Below the pieces are notes generated by a model, which saw nothing but the letters and a program-made list of their open reading frames with translations, did no database searches and had not been told where the DNA came from. DNA of 64,000 bases from Nannocystales bacterium (GTDB taxonomy: Bacteria; Myxococcota_A; Polyangia; Nannocystales; Nannocystaceae), in NCBI GenBank assembly GCA_050633305.1, contig JBOEGF010000017.1, positions 46,433 through 110,432 of the forward strand. The letters are read 5' to 3'. Made by a program: the position numbers and the translations under genes. Each line of letters starts with the position of its first letter. Positions within the stretch are counted from its first letter, which is position 1. Below, in pieces: positions 9,831 to 20,003 of the stretch.

Positions 9831-11510
9831 ATGGCGTCGTACCAGTACATCTTCACGATGCGCCAGCTGAAGAAGGTCTTCGGCAGTGGCAAAGAAGTCC
9901 TCAAGGGCATCAACCTCCAGTTCTTCCCGGGGGCCAAGATCGGCATCCTCGGCCACAACGGCGCGGGCAAGTCGACCCTGCTCAAGATCATGGCCGGCGT
10001 GGACAAGGAGTTCCTCGGCGAAGCCGGGCCTGCCGAGGGTGTGCGCGTGGGGTACCTGCCTCAGGAGCCGCAGCTCGACGAGACCAAGACGGTCAAGGAG
10101 AACATCGAAGAGGCCGTCTCGGAGATGAAGGCCACGCTCGAGAAGTTCAACGAGGTGTCCATGAAGATGGGCGAGCCCATGACCGACGACGAGATGAACG
10201 CGTTGCTCGAAGAACAGGGCAAGCTGCAGGACATCATCGAAGCCGGGGGCGGCTGGGAGCTCGACCACACGCTCGAGCTGGCGATGGACGCCCTGCGCAC
10301 GCCGCCGGGAGACTCGCCGGTCACCAACCTCTCCGGTGGTGAGAAGCGGCGTGTCGCGCTGACCCGTCTGCTGCTCGAGAAGCCCGACCTGCTCCTGCTC
10401 GACGAGCCGACCAACCACCTCGACGCCGAGAGCGTCGCGTGGCTGGAGAAACACCTGCACGACTACCCCGGCACGATCGTCGCCATCACCCACGACCGGT
10501 ACTTCCTCGACAACGTCGCCGGCTGGATCCTCGAGCTGGACCGTGGCGCCGGCATCCCGTGGGAAGGCAACTACTCCTCCTGGCTCGACCAGAAGCAGAA
10601 GCGCCTCGCCCAAGAGGAAAAGACCGAGAGCAAGCGACAGCGCACCCTGCAGCGCGAGCTCGAGTGGATCAACATGTCGCCCAAAGCGCGACAGTCCAAG
10701 AGCAAGGCACGGATCACCGCCTACAACGACTTGCTTCAGCAGTCGCAAGAGACCCGGGTCGACAAGACCAACCTCAAGATCCCGTTCACCCGTCGTCTCG
10801 GCGGCAAGGTCGTCGAGTTCCAGGGCGTGAAGAAGTCCTACGGCGACAAGCTGCTGTTCGAGGACCTCGAGTTCACCCTGCCGCCCGGCGGCATCGTGGG
10901 CGTCATCGGCCCCAACGGCGCAGGCAAGTCCACCATGTTCCGGCTGCTGGTCGGCGAGGAGCAGCCCGACGAGGGCAAGGTGATCAAGGGCGAGACCGTC
11001 GACCTGGCCTACGTCGACCAGAGCCGCGACGCCCTCGACGCGAAGAACACCGTCTACGAGGAAATCTCCGAGGGTGCCGAGACCATCGACATGGCCGGGG
11101 TCGAGCTCAACGCCCGCGCCTACGTCAGCCGGTTCAACTTCAACGGCACCGACCAGCAGCAAAAGGTCGGCGTCCTCTCCGGCGGGGAGCGCAACCGGGT
11201 GCACCTGGCCAAGCTCATCAAGCGCGGCGGCAACCTGCTGCTCCTCGATGAGCCGACCAACGACCTCGACATCGAGACGCTACGCCACCTCGAGGACGCC
11301 TTATTGGACTTCCCCGGCTGCGCCGTCGTCATCAGTCACGATCGCTGGTTCCTCGACCGCATCGCGACGCACATCCTCGCGTTCGAGGGCGATTCCAAGG
11401 TCACCTGGTTCCAAGGCAACTTCGCGGACTACGAGGCGGACCGGAAGCGGCGACTTGGGGATGACGCGTTGGTGCCGAAGCGGATTAAGTACCGGAAGCT
11501 GACCAAGTGA
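9831..11510 (+). CDS. ettA: Energy-dependent translational throttle protein (ABC-F ATPase)
   Basis: QYIFTM start, [16 protein letters not shown], two [13 protein letters not shown] cassettes, C-terminal RIKYRKL. Confidence 0.95.
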   Translation: MASYQYIFTMRQLKKVFGSGKEVLKGINLQFFPGAKIGILGHNGAGKSTLLKIMAGVDKEFLGEAGPAEGVRVGYLPQEPQLDETKTVKENIEEAVSEMKATLEKFNEVSMKMGEPMTDDEMNALLEEQGKLQDIIEAGGGWELDHTLELAMDALRTPPGDSPVTNLSGGEKRRVALTRLLLEKPDLLLLDEPTNHLDAESVAWLEKHLHDYPGTIVAITHDRYFLDNVAGWILELDRGAGIPWEGNYSSWLDQKQKRLAQEEKTESKRQRTLQRELEWINMSPKARQSKSKARITAYNDLLQQSQETRVDKTNLKIPFTRRLGGKVVEFQGVKKSYGDKLLFEDLEFTLPPGGIVGVIGPNGAGKSTMFRLLVGEEQPDEGKVIKGETVDLAYVDQSRDALDAKNTVYEEISEGAETIDMAGVELNARAYVSRFNFNGTDQQQKVGVLSGGERNRVHLAKLIKRGGNLLLLDEPTNDLDIETLRHLEDALLDFPGCAVVISHDRWFLDRIATHILAFEGDSKVTWFQGNFADYEADRKRRLGDDALVPKRIKYRKLTK

Positions 11511-11511
11511 C

Positions 11512-11707
11512 CGAATCTGTGGTTCGGGACAGCGCCGCGAATCACAGATTCAATCGCCGAGCGGCGTGCCGGAAATGGCTCCTCGCCACTTCCGGTCGCG
11601 GGACCGACGCCCCAACTCTTGCGACGCGCCGGTCACGGGCGCTTGTTTGGCGAGGTTTTCATACCCCCTGTGCGAACCCCTTTGCGTCGTCCGAAACCAC
11701 GGATTCG
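11512..11707. repeat. Intergenic inverted-repeat element (MITE/REP-like)
   Basis: Hairpins 11513-11551 (13/14) and 11569-11595 (10/11); ends 11512-11535 and 11684-11707 form an imperfect inverted repeat (19/24). Confidence 0.5.
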
Positions 11708-11729
11708 AGCCGCTCGGGCGAACTCGCGG

Positions 11730-13088
11730 CTACCAGCTGATGAGCACCACGCCGTCTCCCGCCTGGTTACCGGGTGTCATACTCGCATCGATCAGCTCGC
11801 CGACCCAGGACGAACCGCCGCCGCCTCCCCCGCTGCCGCAGTTGCCGGTCGACGTTCCACCCCCCCCGTAATACCCACCGCCCCCTCCCGAGGTGCCACC
11901 GTAGTTCTCGAAACAGACACCATTCTCCCACGTGTCGCCGTCGCCCCCAACTCCGAGTTCGCCGCTCGTGCCGCACGTCATGCTGTAGCCGGTATTGCAC
12001 GACGGATCGCCGCCGGAGAAGGCTCCTCCGCCTCCGGCACCCCCTGCGTGCTCTGCCGAGATTCCGGTGCCCCCCTCCGCAGCACCATCGGCACCATCAC
12101 CGCTGCTGTATCCGACACCGCCGCCGCCACCACAGTAGTTGTCGGCGCAGACGCCACCACCACCAGCACCGCCGGCATAGTTGGAGTCACCAGAACTGCT
12201 CCCGCCTCCACCTGCAACAACGACACGATCGGCGAGTTCGGTGCCACCGAAGCGGACATCGGATGCGCCTCCGCCGGTCCGCATGTCTTGGGCGTGTCCC
12301 TGCCCCCCGCCGTTCCATCCGTTCTGCCCGCCCGCATAGACGCTGAGAGTGTCACCAGGCATCACAGCAAGGTCGCCAACAGCCGTCCCGCCGTTGCCCC
12401 CGTTTCCACCACCCCCCTGGGCTCCGCGGACCTCGATCGTCACAAGCTCAACACAGGCTGGCACGACGAACTCCTCGGCCCCCTCCACAAAGTCGAACTG
12501 TTCGCTGCCCGCGACGGGGCCAGGCTCTTCGCAACTCCCCCCGCAGAGTTCCACCTCACACCCGTCGGCGAGACTCTCGTTGCAATCCGCGAAGTCGTCA
12601 GCGCACGTGGCAACACACTCAATGCAGCTTCCATTCTCGAAGCCAGCATCGCCATCGCACTCTTCACCGGCCGTCGTGTTTAACGCGCCATCTCCACAGA
12701 CGGACAAGGTGCAGTCGGCGTTGCACTCGATGGACTCTCCAGAATCGTCGCACTCCTCTCCGTCGTCCACGAAGCCATCGCCACAGACGCCGAGGGACGT
12801 CCCTGTGGTGCCCTCCCCTGTGGACTCGCCGCGGCTCTCCCCCGTCATCCCCTCAGTCGTCTCGCCGCCGGTCGTGTCGTCTCCGGACGTGTCGTCTCCG
12901 GTCGGGTCGCCACTGGTCGAGCCGCCGTCCCCCGTCGTGCCAGGGTTCGTCGTCGGATTCGAGGTCGTCTCACTCCCGGTCCCGTCCGCGCCCGACGTTC
13001 CGCTGCCGGAAGTCGTGGTGCCTCCAGAGTCGCAGGCAGTTCCGATGAGAAGCAGGCTCGAAGCGAGGAGTAGTTTCGCGTTGTTCAT
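11730..13088 (-). CDS. Lipoprotein with Ser/Thr linker, myxobacterial Cys-rich repeats and glycine-rich (ALK/LTK-like) domain
   Basis: Lipobox IGTAC; CGDG..EECD repeats; RGAQGG, GGGASDVR, RVVVAGGGG, GGGGGYYGGG, GGGGSS. Confidence 0.75.
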   Translation of the reverse strand: MNNAKLLLASSLLLIGTACDSGGTTTSGSGTSGADGTGSETTSNPTTNPGTTGDGGSTSGDPTGDDTSGDDTTGGETTEGMTGESRGESTGEGTTGTSLGVCGDGFVDDGEECDDSGESIECNADCTLSVCGDGALNTTAGEECDGDAGFENGSCIECVATCADDFADCNESLADGCEVELCGGSCEEPGPVAGSEQFDFVEGAEEFVVPACVELVTIEVRGAQGGGGNGGNGGTAVGDLAVMPGDTLSVYAGGQNGWNGGGQGHAQDMRTGGGASDVRFGGTELADRVVVAGGGGSSSGDSNYAGGAGGGGVCADNYCGGGGGVGYSSGDGADGAAEGGTGISAEHAGGAGGGGAFSGGDPSCNTGYSMTCGTSGELGVGGDGDTWENGVCFENYGGTSGGGGGYYGGGGTSTGNCGSGGGGGGSSWVGELIDASMTPGNQAGDGVVLISW

Positions 13089-13349
13089 GTGGGTTGCCGT
13101 CGAAGGTCCGACATAATGATGAGAGAAGAGAAGGTATTTCGCAATACACGCCAGTCGCACTGCGATGACATCGGCGCCGGCTCGGCATCCTGTCCCCTGG
13201 GGTCGCATCGTGCACGGTCGCCGTGAACCGGACCCGCAACCCCCTGTCCCGACACTGGGCAGTCATCGCTCTCAATGCCCTGGCTGGCCGGGCCAAACAC
13301 CGTCGACTCCTCGGTTCAAGCGGGCCACCGCCTCCTCGCCCCATGAACC

Positions 13350-14456
13350 TCACCCCTCGGGAGGAATCTGCTCGCACGTCGCGGCCACGACATCGGCCAA
13401 CGCCGTGCCGAGCACCCCGGTGAAGTCAGGGCTGCCTCCGATGGACAGGTCCACCCAGGACTCGGGCGGGCCGCCAAACCCATCCATGAAGTCGGTGAGC
13501 CGGGTGTTGACGTTGGCCGGGTTGCCATAACAAGCGCCCGCGATCGCCCCGGAGGTCACGATGCACATGTCGCCGCACTCAGCCTTGGCGTCGCTGACGA
13601 TGTCGACGAAGTCGCTGGTCGGGATGTCCGGGGGGCTGAGGTCGGGAGAATCCGAGAGCAGGAACAACACGAGGACTGCGTTGGTCCGCATGAAGCCTTC
13701 GTTGTACGCGGCGTTGGCGGGGTGGAACGGATACGCAGCGCCAGCGACCACCGTCTCGGTGTTGGAGTGCGGCGCTGCGCCGTCGATCACCCCGGTCATC
13801 GCCCCGCCAAACCACGTGTTGAGGCCCGCGGTGTCGCTCCCGGTGTTCACCGCGTAGTAGCGCTGGCCATCATGCTCATACAGGCGGCCTTGCTGGCCAT
13901 TCTCACCGTTGTCTCCGTCCTGGGGCGGATAGAAGACACCATCGGTGACCGTCGCCTCACAGGCCGGGCCGCTCCAGCCCCCGGAGTTTCCCGGGTCGTA
14001 GAAGCCGGTGGCGCGGGTCAGGCCAACATGGAGGTCCGTGCCCATCGGCAGCGCATTGACCATCTCGTCCACGAACTGAGGAAACGCGGCGATCACCGGA
14101 GCGCGATGCGTCTCCATGGAACCGGAGTTGTCGACGACAAACAGGATATCGACCGCGTTGCATCCGCAGTCGATGTCGTCCGGGCCGCAGCCCGTTGCGG
14201 GGCCGTCGGTGTCATTTCCGACGTCGAAGATGGGCTCCTCACCGGTCTCATCCTCGGTTCCACTGGCCTGGGTATCGGATGTGGCCGATGTGGACCCGCC
14301 CGGACCGCTGCCATCCCCGGCGCTCCCCGTCGCGCTCGCGCCCGTCGGCGCCGTGACCCCACCGGCATCGCCGGATCCGAAAGGGTCGTCATCCCGTGGT
14401 GCGTCCGAGCACCCCACCACCACGCAGGTCCCCACCAGTACGGCACGAAGCTTCAT
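13350..14456 (-). CDS. vWA-domain lipoprotein
   Basis: Lipobox VVGC, S/T-rich linker, MIDAS motif DILFVVDNSGSM, LVLFLLSD. Confidence 0.75.
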   Translation of the reverse strand: MKLRAVLVGTCVVVGCSDAPRDDDPFGSGDAGGVTAPTGASATGSAGDGSGPGGSTSATSDTQASGTEDETGEEPIFDVGNDTDGPATGCGPDDIDCGCNAVDILFVVDNSGSMETHRAPVIAAFPQFVDEMVNALPMGTDLHVGLTRATGFYDPGNSGGWSGPACEATVTDGVFYPPQDGDNGENGQQGRLYEHDGQRYYAVNTGSDTAGLNTWFGGAMTGVIDGAAPHSNTETVVAGAAYPFHPANAAYNEGFMRTNAVLVLFLLSDSPDLSPPDIPTSDFVDIVSDAKAECGDMCIVTSGAIAGACYGNPANVNTRLTDFMDGFGGPPESWVDLSIGGSPDFTGVLGTALADVVAATCEQIPPEG

Positions 14457-14544
14457 GGCGTGGGGGTGTCGTCCCCGCGCGGTTGTGGGTCAAGTTTTCT
14501 CGTGGCCTGGCGGCCCGGCAAGCTTCCGGACCGACACCGCGTGT

Positions 14545-15051
14545 CTAGTACAGACGGAGGGAGCCGAGGAAGTCGCGCTTGCCCAACTCGACTCCGGAGT
14601 TTCGGAGGACCGTGTATGCGGTCGTGACGTGGAAGTAGAAGTTGGGCTGCGCGAACTCGTAGAGGTAGTCCGTGCCCTTGATCTTCCTGTCGTCGAGGAA
14701 CGGCAGCACCACCTCCGCGTCCTCCCGCCCCTCGAGCGCCTCGGGCGTGACGGTCTCGAGAAACGCCAACGTCTTGCTGATTCGCGCCCGCAGCTCCTCG
14801 ATCGTCGTCTCGGTGTCGGGGTGGGAAGGCACCTCGACCCCCGCGAGCCGGGCCACGCCGGCTTTTGCCGCATCGCACGCGGCCTGAACCTGCCGGCCGA
14901 AGGAGAACTGGTCAGGAGCCAACCGGATCCCGACGAAGTTGTTGGCATCGAACGAGCGCGCCTCCGCGTGGCTCACGGCCTTCTCCAGCCACCCATCGAG
15001 GTTGCGCAGCATCTTGGACATCTGGAAGACGGACCCGGTGTGAAGCGACAT
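14545..15051 (-). CDS. DUF1993 domain protein
   Basis: RLAPDQF, PNFYFHVTTAYTVLR, GVELGKRDFLG. Confidence 0.85.
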   Translation of the reverse strand: MSLHTGSVFQMSKMLRNLDGWLEKAVSHAEARSFDANNFVGIRLAPDQFSFGRQVQAACDAAKAGVARLAGVEVPSHPDTETTIEELRARISKTLAFLETVTPEALEGREDAEVVLPFLDDRKIKGTDYLYEFAQPNFYFHVTTAYTVLRNSGVELGKRDFLGSLRLY

Positions 15052-15124
15052 TGCGGTCTGTACGCCACCGCCGGGACGCTCGTTACGCGCCCAGCGTAGG
15101 CGTGCGCTACCCTGCCACCGCCCG

Positions 15125-15832
15125 ATGCTGAAGAAGGTCGCCATCGCACTCGGCGTGCTCGTGCTCCTCGCAGGTGTCGCGGTCTTCGTCTTGTACCGCC
15201 AAGCCACGGCGCTCCCAGACTGGGCAGACGCGGAGGTCGCCGAGCAGGCGGCGGCGGACCCCAACGCCCCCATCGTCTGGGAAGCCGAGTCCGAAGGCGA
15301 CGAGCCGCTCGCACCCGAACTCGAAGCAGCCTTGCCGGCCGACCCGCCGACCTCTCCTCCGGCGACCGAAGCCCAAGCCCCTCCATCAGCCAGCCGGCCG
15401 GCCCAGGCTCGCCCGAAGAAGAAGGCCAAGCGCTACGTGCTCCGCGGCTTTCATCGTCGTGGCAAGGGTGCCGGCAAAGACGCCGTCCGAGCCTCGAAAG
15501 CCGTGCTCGAAGGCGGACGTCTCGAAGCCGGCGTCGTCCTCGACCTCGCTCGCATTCAAGACGCGAAGATGTCCGACTCCGATCGCGGCTTGTACGAAGG
15601 CGCGCTCGATGCTTTCCCGCCACTGCGCAAGAAGAACGTCTACGTGGGCGTGGAGACCCGGCCCGTCCGCAAACAGGGCGTGCTGCAGCTGGGCAAGGAC
15701 GCGAAGCTCCGGGTGGGATCCATTCGCTACAGCATCGGCTCCGCCGCGGGAAAGCTCGGCATGAGCGAGGCGGGGCTACGCAAGAACCTCAACCGCCACC
15801 TGAAGCGGCTCGGGTTCAAAGACCCAGGTTGA
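15125..15832 (+). CDS. Hypothetical protein with N-terminal membrane anchor
   Basis: N-terminal hydrophobic helix, Pro/Ala linker, basic C-terminal domain; GC-rich third codon positions. Confidence 0.6.
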   Translation: MLKKVAIALGVLVLLAGVAVFVLYRQATALPDWADAEVAEQAAADPNAPIVWEAESEGDEPLAPELEAALPADPPTSPPATEAQAPPSASRPAQARPKKKAKRYVLRGFHRRGKGAGKDAVRASKAVLEGGRLEAGVVLDLARIQDAKMSDSDRGLYEGALDAFPPLRKKNVYVGVETRPVRKQGVLQLGKDAKLRVGSIRYSIGSAAGKLGMSEAGLRKNLNRHLKRLGFKDPG

Positions 15833-15896
15833 CCCCGAGCCGACCGCAGCGGCGCAGCTTTTGCCGTCGCTCGATTTGCGCCTCGGGCCAACATCG

Positions 15897-16463
15897 ATGT
15901 CGGTGCAGAAGTTCGAAGTCAGGCCGCGGTTCGAGCTGCGGCTTGCCGTGCCGCCGCAGACCCTCGAGGCGTCCCTGCGAGCATCGATGGAGGATGATGC
16001 ATCGAGTTGGGCGCGTCTCCCCTACGCCGAGTTCGGGGTCCCGCATGGCGAACGACACACCTGGTCGCCCCGACTGGCGGTGTGTGTTCGAGACCCCGAC
16101 CCCGGGGACGACGAGCTTCTTCTCCTTTGCCGCTTTCAGCCCGAGGCCGCGGTGTGGACGTTCTACATGGCACTCACCGCCGGACTGTGTGTGTCTGCCT
16201 GTCTCGCGATCACCTGGATCTGCGCCTCGTGGATCATGGGCACGAGCTTGGTCGGTCCGCTGTGCGCCCTCGCTGGCACGGCGTTGCTCGGAGCCGCGCT
16301 GTTCGGCGCATCGCAGCTCGGGCAGCGCAAGGCGCAAGCGCAGATGAGCGGACTCGCGGACCGGTTGTGGATGGCCCTGTGCGACGCCAAGGCGCGCGCG
16401 TCCGGGGAGAAGCCGATGACCGTGGACCCGCAGTGGACCCGCGGAAGGCCGAGCGCACCATGA
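15897..16463 (+). CDS. Hypothetical membrane protein (2 TM)
   Basis: Two hydrophobic helices; stop overlaps next ATG (ATGA); start uncertain. Confidence 0.55.
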   Translation: MSVQKFEVRPRFELRLAVPPQTLEASLRASMEDDASSWARLPYAEFGVPHGERHTWSPRLAVCVRDPDPGDDELLLLCRFQPEAAVWTFYMALTAGLCVSACLAITWICASWIMGTSLVGPLCALAGTALLGAALFGASQLGQRKAQAQMSGLADRLWMALCDAKARASGEKPMTVDPQWTRGRPSAP

Positions 16464-17527
16464 CCCGCCTGGTCGCGACCCGCCTGGCGATGCTGTTCGC
16501 ACTACTCTTCGCGCTGGTGCACGGCACAAGCGCGGATGCGGCCCCCCTGCGTGTGGGCACAAAACACGCTCCCCCGTTCGCGCAACGGGGGGCCGACGGA
16601 CGCTGGCACGGCATCAGCATCGCACTGTGGGAGGACCTCGCCGACGACCTCGACCTCGAGTACGAGTACGTGGAACGGGACCTCCCCGGCCTGCTCACCG
16701 GACTCGAAGACGGCTCGCTGGACGTCGTCGCCGCCGCCCTCACCGTCACCGCACAGCGCGAGGCGAAGCTCGACTTCACGGCCCCGTTTCACACGACAGG
16801 GTTGGCCGTCGTGGTCCGAGACGAGAGCACACCCGTCTGGCTGCAGGCCGTTCGGCTCCTGGTCTCGACGAGCTTCGTATCGCTCATTCTCGTCGTCGGA
16901 TTGCTCCAGCTCGCGGTGGGGACGCTGGTGTGGGCTCTGGAGAAGCGCGCCAACCCGGACCAATTTGGGCAGCACTCCCTGTGGCGCGGACTGGCCGCGG
17001 GGTTTTGGTGGTCGACCGTCACCATGACCACCGTCGGCTACGGCGACAAGACTCCCAGAACGATGGCCGGCCGGGTCGTCGCCCAAGCCTGGATGCTCTG
17101 CAGCGTCGTGATCGTATCGGTGTTTACAGCCACCGTCGCTTCCAATCTCACCGTCGAGCAGCTGTCCTCTCGGGTCCGAAGCGCCTCTGACCTACGCAAT
17201 GTGAAGGTCGCCGTGGTCGAAGGCAGCACGTCCGACCTCTACGCCGAGGCGCATGACATCGACGCGATTCGGCAGCAAGGGTTGGAGTCCGCCTTCACCG
17301 CGCTTCGGGACGGCGACGTCGACGCAGTTGTCCACGACGCCCCCCTGCTGACCGAGGAACTCCGCTCCCCAGCGACCGTCTCCCTGCGACTGCTCGACTT
17401 CCGGTTTCGACGTCAGGACTATGCCTTTGCGGTGCCCACAGGCAGTCCTATTCGCGAATCGATCAATCGGGCTCTCCCTGAAAGACTGCGCCGAAGCGAG
17501 CTCGGCGACAGCGGCGCGAGATTGTGA
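16460..17527 (+). CDS. Ligand-gated K+ channel with split periplasmic binding domain (GluR0-like)
   Basis: Signal peptide, SBP family 3 halves (APPF, TVTAQRE..DFT), pore WWSTVTMTTVGYGD. Confidence 0.85.
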   Translation: MTRLVATRLAMLFALLFALVHGTSADAAPLRVGTKHAPPFAQRGADGRWHGISIALWEDLADDLDLEYEYVERDLPGLLTGLEDGSLDVVAAALTVTAQREAKLDFTAPFHTTGLAVVVRDESTPVWLQAVRLLVSTSFVSLILVVGLLQLAVGTLVWALEKRANPDQFGQHSLWRGLAAGFWWSTVTMTTVGYGDKTPRTMAGRVVAQAWMLCSVVIVSVFTATVASNLTVEQLSSRVRSASDLRNVKVAVVEGSTSDLYAEAHDIDAIRQQGLESAFTALRDGDVDAVVHDAPLLTEELRSPATVSLRLLDFRFRRQDYAFAVPTGSPIRESINRALPERLRRSELGDSGARL

Positions 17528-17558
17528 GGGGACCGGGGGGCCACGCTAGACTGAGGCG

Positions 17559-18989
17559 ATGCAGAGCCGAACTTGGATGTGGGGGATGGGGCTTGCCGTC
17601 CTGACCGGGTGCGCGAACCCGTGTGAGGACGATGGATTGATTCAAGACCAAGCGCAGGAATGCGCCGCGGACTCTGCGGGGAGCGCGGGGGAGACCGAAG
17701 GCCCCATTGGGATCGACTCTGAAACGGAAGGAGAGAGCGCCAGCGCGTCCGATTCCGCCAACTCGGACAGCGATTCGAACAGTGGCACGGGCTCCGACTC
17801 CGACTCCGACTCCGACTCCGACTCCGACTCCGACTCCGACTCCGACTCCGACTCCGACTCCGATACGGACAGCGATTCCGACTCCGATACGGACAGCGAT
17901 TCCGACTCCGATACGGACAGCGATTCTGACTCTGACTCTGACTCTGACTCCGACTCCGGAACGGACTCCGACACCGCCGGATCCACGGCATACTGTGAAG
18001 ACACCGATGACGACGGGTTCGGCGACCCGGACGCATGCGTCGATATCCCCGACGGTGAAACGCCGCCGGACGGCTCCGTCCCCAACGGGGAAGACTGTGA
18101 CGACGACAACGAGCACACGTTTCCTGGTGCGGCTGAGAACGACTCTGCGACCGAGTGTATGCAGGACGAGGACGGCGATGGCTGGGGCGACGACGACCCC
18201 ACAGAGGGCGTCACCGAGGGGACGGACTGCAACGATGAGGATGTCGCGACCTTCCCCGGGGCGGCCGAGCTCGACTCGGCGACCGAGTGCATGCAGGACG
18301 AGGATGACGACGGCTGGGGCGACGACAGCCCGGACGATGGGGTGAGCGCCGGCTCGGATTGCAGCGACGACGGCATCGACCCTTGCGCCGTGCTGATCAC
18401 CCAGGACGGGACGGAGGACAACCCGTACGACCAGGACCTCATCGCGGCGCTTCAGCTCGATGGCTACGAGGTCCTCAACTTCGCGGACACCGATGTGGTG
18501 CTCGCCGATGGCAACGGCGTGGACGTCGTGGTCATCTCAGAGACCGCGCTGTCCGGTGAGATCGCGGGCACGATGGCGGACACCTCAGCACCGGTCGTCT
18601 GCCTGGAAGGACTCATCTGGGACGAGATGGGGATGGCCCCGCACGCCGAGACCACGGGCATCGAAGATGTCGTGATCCTCGACGAGGCCGACCCCTTGGC
18701 CGCGGGGCTGACCGGCGACGTGACGGTGGTGAGTGGTCCCGGTGCGGGGTTGTTCTTCGTCCCTGCGCCTGCCGGGGCGACCATCATCAGCGCCGTCGCG
18801 GGGAGTCCCGAAGATGTCGTGGAGTTCGCCTATGAATCCGGCGCGACCATGCTCGATGGTTTCGTCGCCCCCAACCGTCGCCTGGGGCTGGGCTTCGACG
18901 CGGACCAAAGTGGAGCGCCGAACGTGAACGTGGAAGCGGACGGCATCGCGCTGTTCCGTGCGGCAGTCACATGGGTGACCGCCGGGTAG
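17559..18989 (+). CDS. Acidic lipoprotein with Ser-Asp repeat stalk and Cys/Asp metal-binding (MopE-related) repeats
   Basis: Lipobox LTGC; (SD)n; repeated DC.D....FPGAAE.DSATECMQDED.DGWGD. Confidence 0.75.
   Translation: MQSRTWMWGMGLAVLTGCANPCEDDGLIQDQAQECAADSAGSAGETEGPIGIDSETEGESASASDSANSDSDSNSGTGSDSDSDSDSDSDSDSDSDSDSDSDTDSDSDSDTDSDSDSDTDSDSDSDSDSDSDSGTDSDTAGSTAYCEDTDDDGFGDPDACVDIPDGETPPDGSVPNGEDCDDDNEHTFPGAAENDSATECMQDEDGDGWGDDDPTEGVTEGTDCNDEDVATFPGAAELDSATECMQDEDDDGWGDDSPDDGVSAGSDCSDDGIDPCAVLITQDGTEDNPYDQDLIAALQLDGYEVLNFADTDVVLADGNGVDVVVISETALSGEIAGTMADTSAPVVCLEGLIWDEMGMAPHAETTGIEDVVILDEADPLAAGLTGDVTVVSGPGAGLFFVPAPAGATIISAVAGSPEDVVEFAYESGATMLDGFVAPNRRLGLGFDADQSGAPNVNVEADGIALFRAAVTWVTAG
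17793..17957 (+). repeat. Coding tandem repeat encoding Ser-Asp dipeptides
   Basis: 11 x TCCGAC (17793-17858), 3 x 24-bp unit TCCGATACGGACAGCGATTCYGAC (17859-17930), then TCTGAC/TCCGAC copies. Confidence 0.95.
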
Positions 18990-18997
18990 CCGGAGCG

Positions 18998-19810
18998 CTA
19001 CGGACGACTGCTCGCCATCAAGACGCGCGTGTACAAGGGCGTGAACCCTCGCCCTTGCACGTTCTGGTTCGACTTGGATCCCGGCGTGGTGGTGACGCAC
19101 GCCAGTTCGGCGCCGTGATCCCGCGCCACGGCCAGTCGGTGCTCGAGCATTGCGGTGTGCAAGCCCTGTCGGCGGTGGCTGCGTAGCGTCGCCGCCCCGC
19201 CGAGGAACGCAATGCTGTCCTCCAGCGACATGCTCGCGGCGGCAACGAGTTCCCCGCCACGCAACCCGACATGCCGAGTGGCATGGTCCGCCATCGAGCG
19301 GACCGCCTTGCGGAGTTCGATGCGCGAGATCGGCTCGACCGCGTTGCCATCCTCATCGTCCGGAGCCATGAACCCGGCCACGATGATGTCGAGCCACGAC
19401 TCGAGTTCGGCCGGCGGGCTCTGACGGACCTCGATGTCTTCGCGAACGATCACCGAGGACTCCCCCTCCAAAGACTGACCCAAGACGACCTCGAATCCGG
19501 CAAGCCGATAGCCCCGATCGGCGAGGGCGAGGGCGACATCGGGGTCGGCCAAGCTGGGGAGCTCGACCACCACACTCGCGCCCGAGGCCGCGAACAACTC
19601 CTCGACCTCGGCCAGTGCGGCCACGTCGAGATCGACACCAACGACCTTCGTGAGGGGCGACTGGGCACCCGCAAAGATCGCCACACCGCCACCGACTTCC
19701 AGCGTGAATCCGCCGACGCTCTCTGCGGCTTGGCCGAGATCCGTCGCGACCGCGTTTTCGATACGCCGACACAGTTCAAGGGAGCAGAACACCGTTCCGG
19801 CATGTATCAC
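18998..19810 (-). CDS. GNAT family N-acetyltransferase
   Basis: AATLRSHRRQGLHTAML acetyl-CoA motif, SNQNVQGRGF; start uncertain. Confidence 0.8.
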   Translation of the reverse strand: MIHAGTVFCSLELCRRIENAVATDLGQAAESVGGFTLEVGGGVAIFAGAQSPLTKVVGVDLDVAALAEVEELFAASGASVVVELPSLADPDVALALADRGYRLAGFEVVLGQSLEGESSVIVREDIEVRQSPPAELESWLDIIVAGFMAPDDEDGNAVEPISRIELRKAVRSMADHATRHVGLRGGELVAAASMSLEDSIAFLGGAATLRSHRRQGLHTAMLEHRLAVARDHGAELACVTTTPGSKSNQNVQGRGFTPLYTRVLMASSRP

Positions 19811-20003
19811 GGCGACTTCGCCGGTTCTTCGCCCCGGGCGCAGTGCCGTTGCTCGGAGCGTGGCCGCCCCCACATGTTCGACCGCTGCGCGCGAGTCGGA
19901 CGCGCCGCCCGCGAGCCTTCCGGCCCGGATCCGGTCATGGCTCGCGTCGCACGGAGACTGCAAGGAGGCGCCCGGGCCAACTCGAGCCGCTGGGGCTGCT
20001 CGC

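Noticed and set aside
7797..11204. 1135-aa ORF suggesting a giant SpeA fusion
   Set aside because: The N-terminal ~495 aa are the antisense shadow of ettA; SpeA motifs and an SD begin at 9719
17793..17957. Repeat array as possible CRISPR
   Set aside because: Contiguous 6/24-bp in-frame units with no spacers and no cas genes
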